Part shown: positions 63,557-64,000 of the stretch, in pieces
How positions within the stretch are numbered: position 1 is the first letter of the stretch
Layout of the letters: each line of letters starts with the position of its first letter
DNA from: Lytechinus pictus
Lineage: Eukaryota
Assembly: GCF_037042905.1 (NCBI RefSeq)
Contig: NC_087251.1
Coordinates: 40,054,001 to 40,118,000, forward strand
Direction of reading: 5' to 3'
DNA: 64,000 nucleotides
The notes under the pieces: model-generated
What the model was told of the DNA's origin: nothing
Databases searched by the model: none
What the model saw: only the letters and a program-made list of their open reading frames with translations
Program-made: the position numbers and the translations under genes

Positions 63557-64000
63557 TTATTTTTTCTGCTATTTTTACCACAAACTTTTCCTCAGGGTGA
63601 ACTTCCCCTTTAGCCAAAATCTTAAAGTGGGTTGTACATGTACATAACAAATAGCGAATAGGCATGAGTTTGATGGTACAAGATTTTGCACGAGGTGAAA
63701 GAAAGATTCTCAATTCAACAAGGCTACGCCTCGTTGAATTGAGGTGTCTCTTTCACTGAATGCGAAATTTCGCACCATTGCAAGATCTAGAATATTTGCT
63801 ATTTTTGTTGTATAACTCTTCAGATGTAAGCTAAAATACGAAAAATAATTTATTTTTTTCTTATGTTTATCTTGCTGGCAAAATCCCTCTGCAGCAGCAA
63901 TGCGCATTTAGCCAGCAAGCCCTACGCGTATTGCACCTACGTTTATTTACCAAGCGCAATGAATTGAATCGTATTATGACGTCTAGACTGTGCAATGGTA

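Overview
AT-rich, intron-rich animal genomic DNA. The proteins and repeat repertoire suggest an invertebrate deuterostome, most likely a sea urchin (inference). Three host genes were reconstructed by eye from GT-AG exons with consistent phase: the last 8 coding exons of DPP3 (+, 1598-26118; HELLGH, ETGE and EECRAE motifs), a complete two-exon NANP/HDHD4 HAD phosphatase (-, 37337-35715, 237 aa), and the first five coding exons of RAD51 (+, from 52182, running off the window). Much of the remainder is non-autonomous transposons, often nested, many with readable TIRs and target-site duplications (Kolobok-like TTAA, hAT-like 8- and 6-bp, Sola-like 4-bp, Harbinger-like 3-bp, Tc1/mariner TA, HINE/Tsp-like), plus SINEs and a 21x55-bp minisatellite. 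I found no clearly new protein-coding system. The most unusual items are: a SINE with a 7SL(Alu-domain)-like head, tRNA B-box and Deu/Nin-like core; a decayed intron-containing piggyBac transposase; 25- and 45-bp hairpin micro-transposons with TSDs; an exact 262-bp templated insertion flanked by a 90-bp duplication; a four-level nested composite with interlocked inverted repeats; and a 3.8-kb Kolobok-like element carrying splice signals and long hairpins. Superfamily names rest on terminus/TSD rules and recalled consensus sequences, not database searches.
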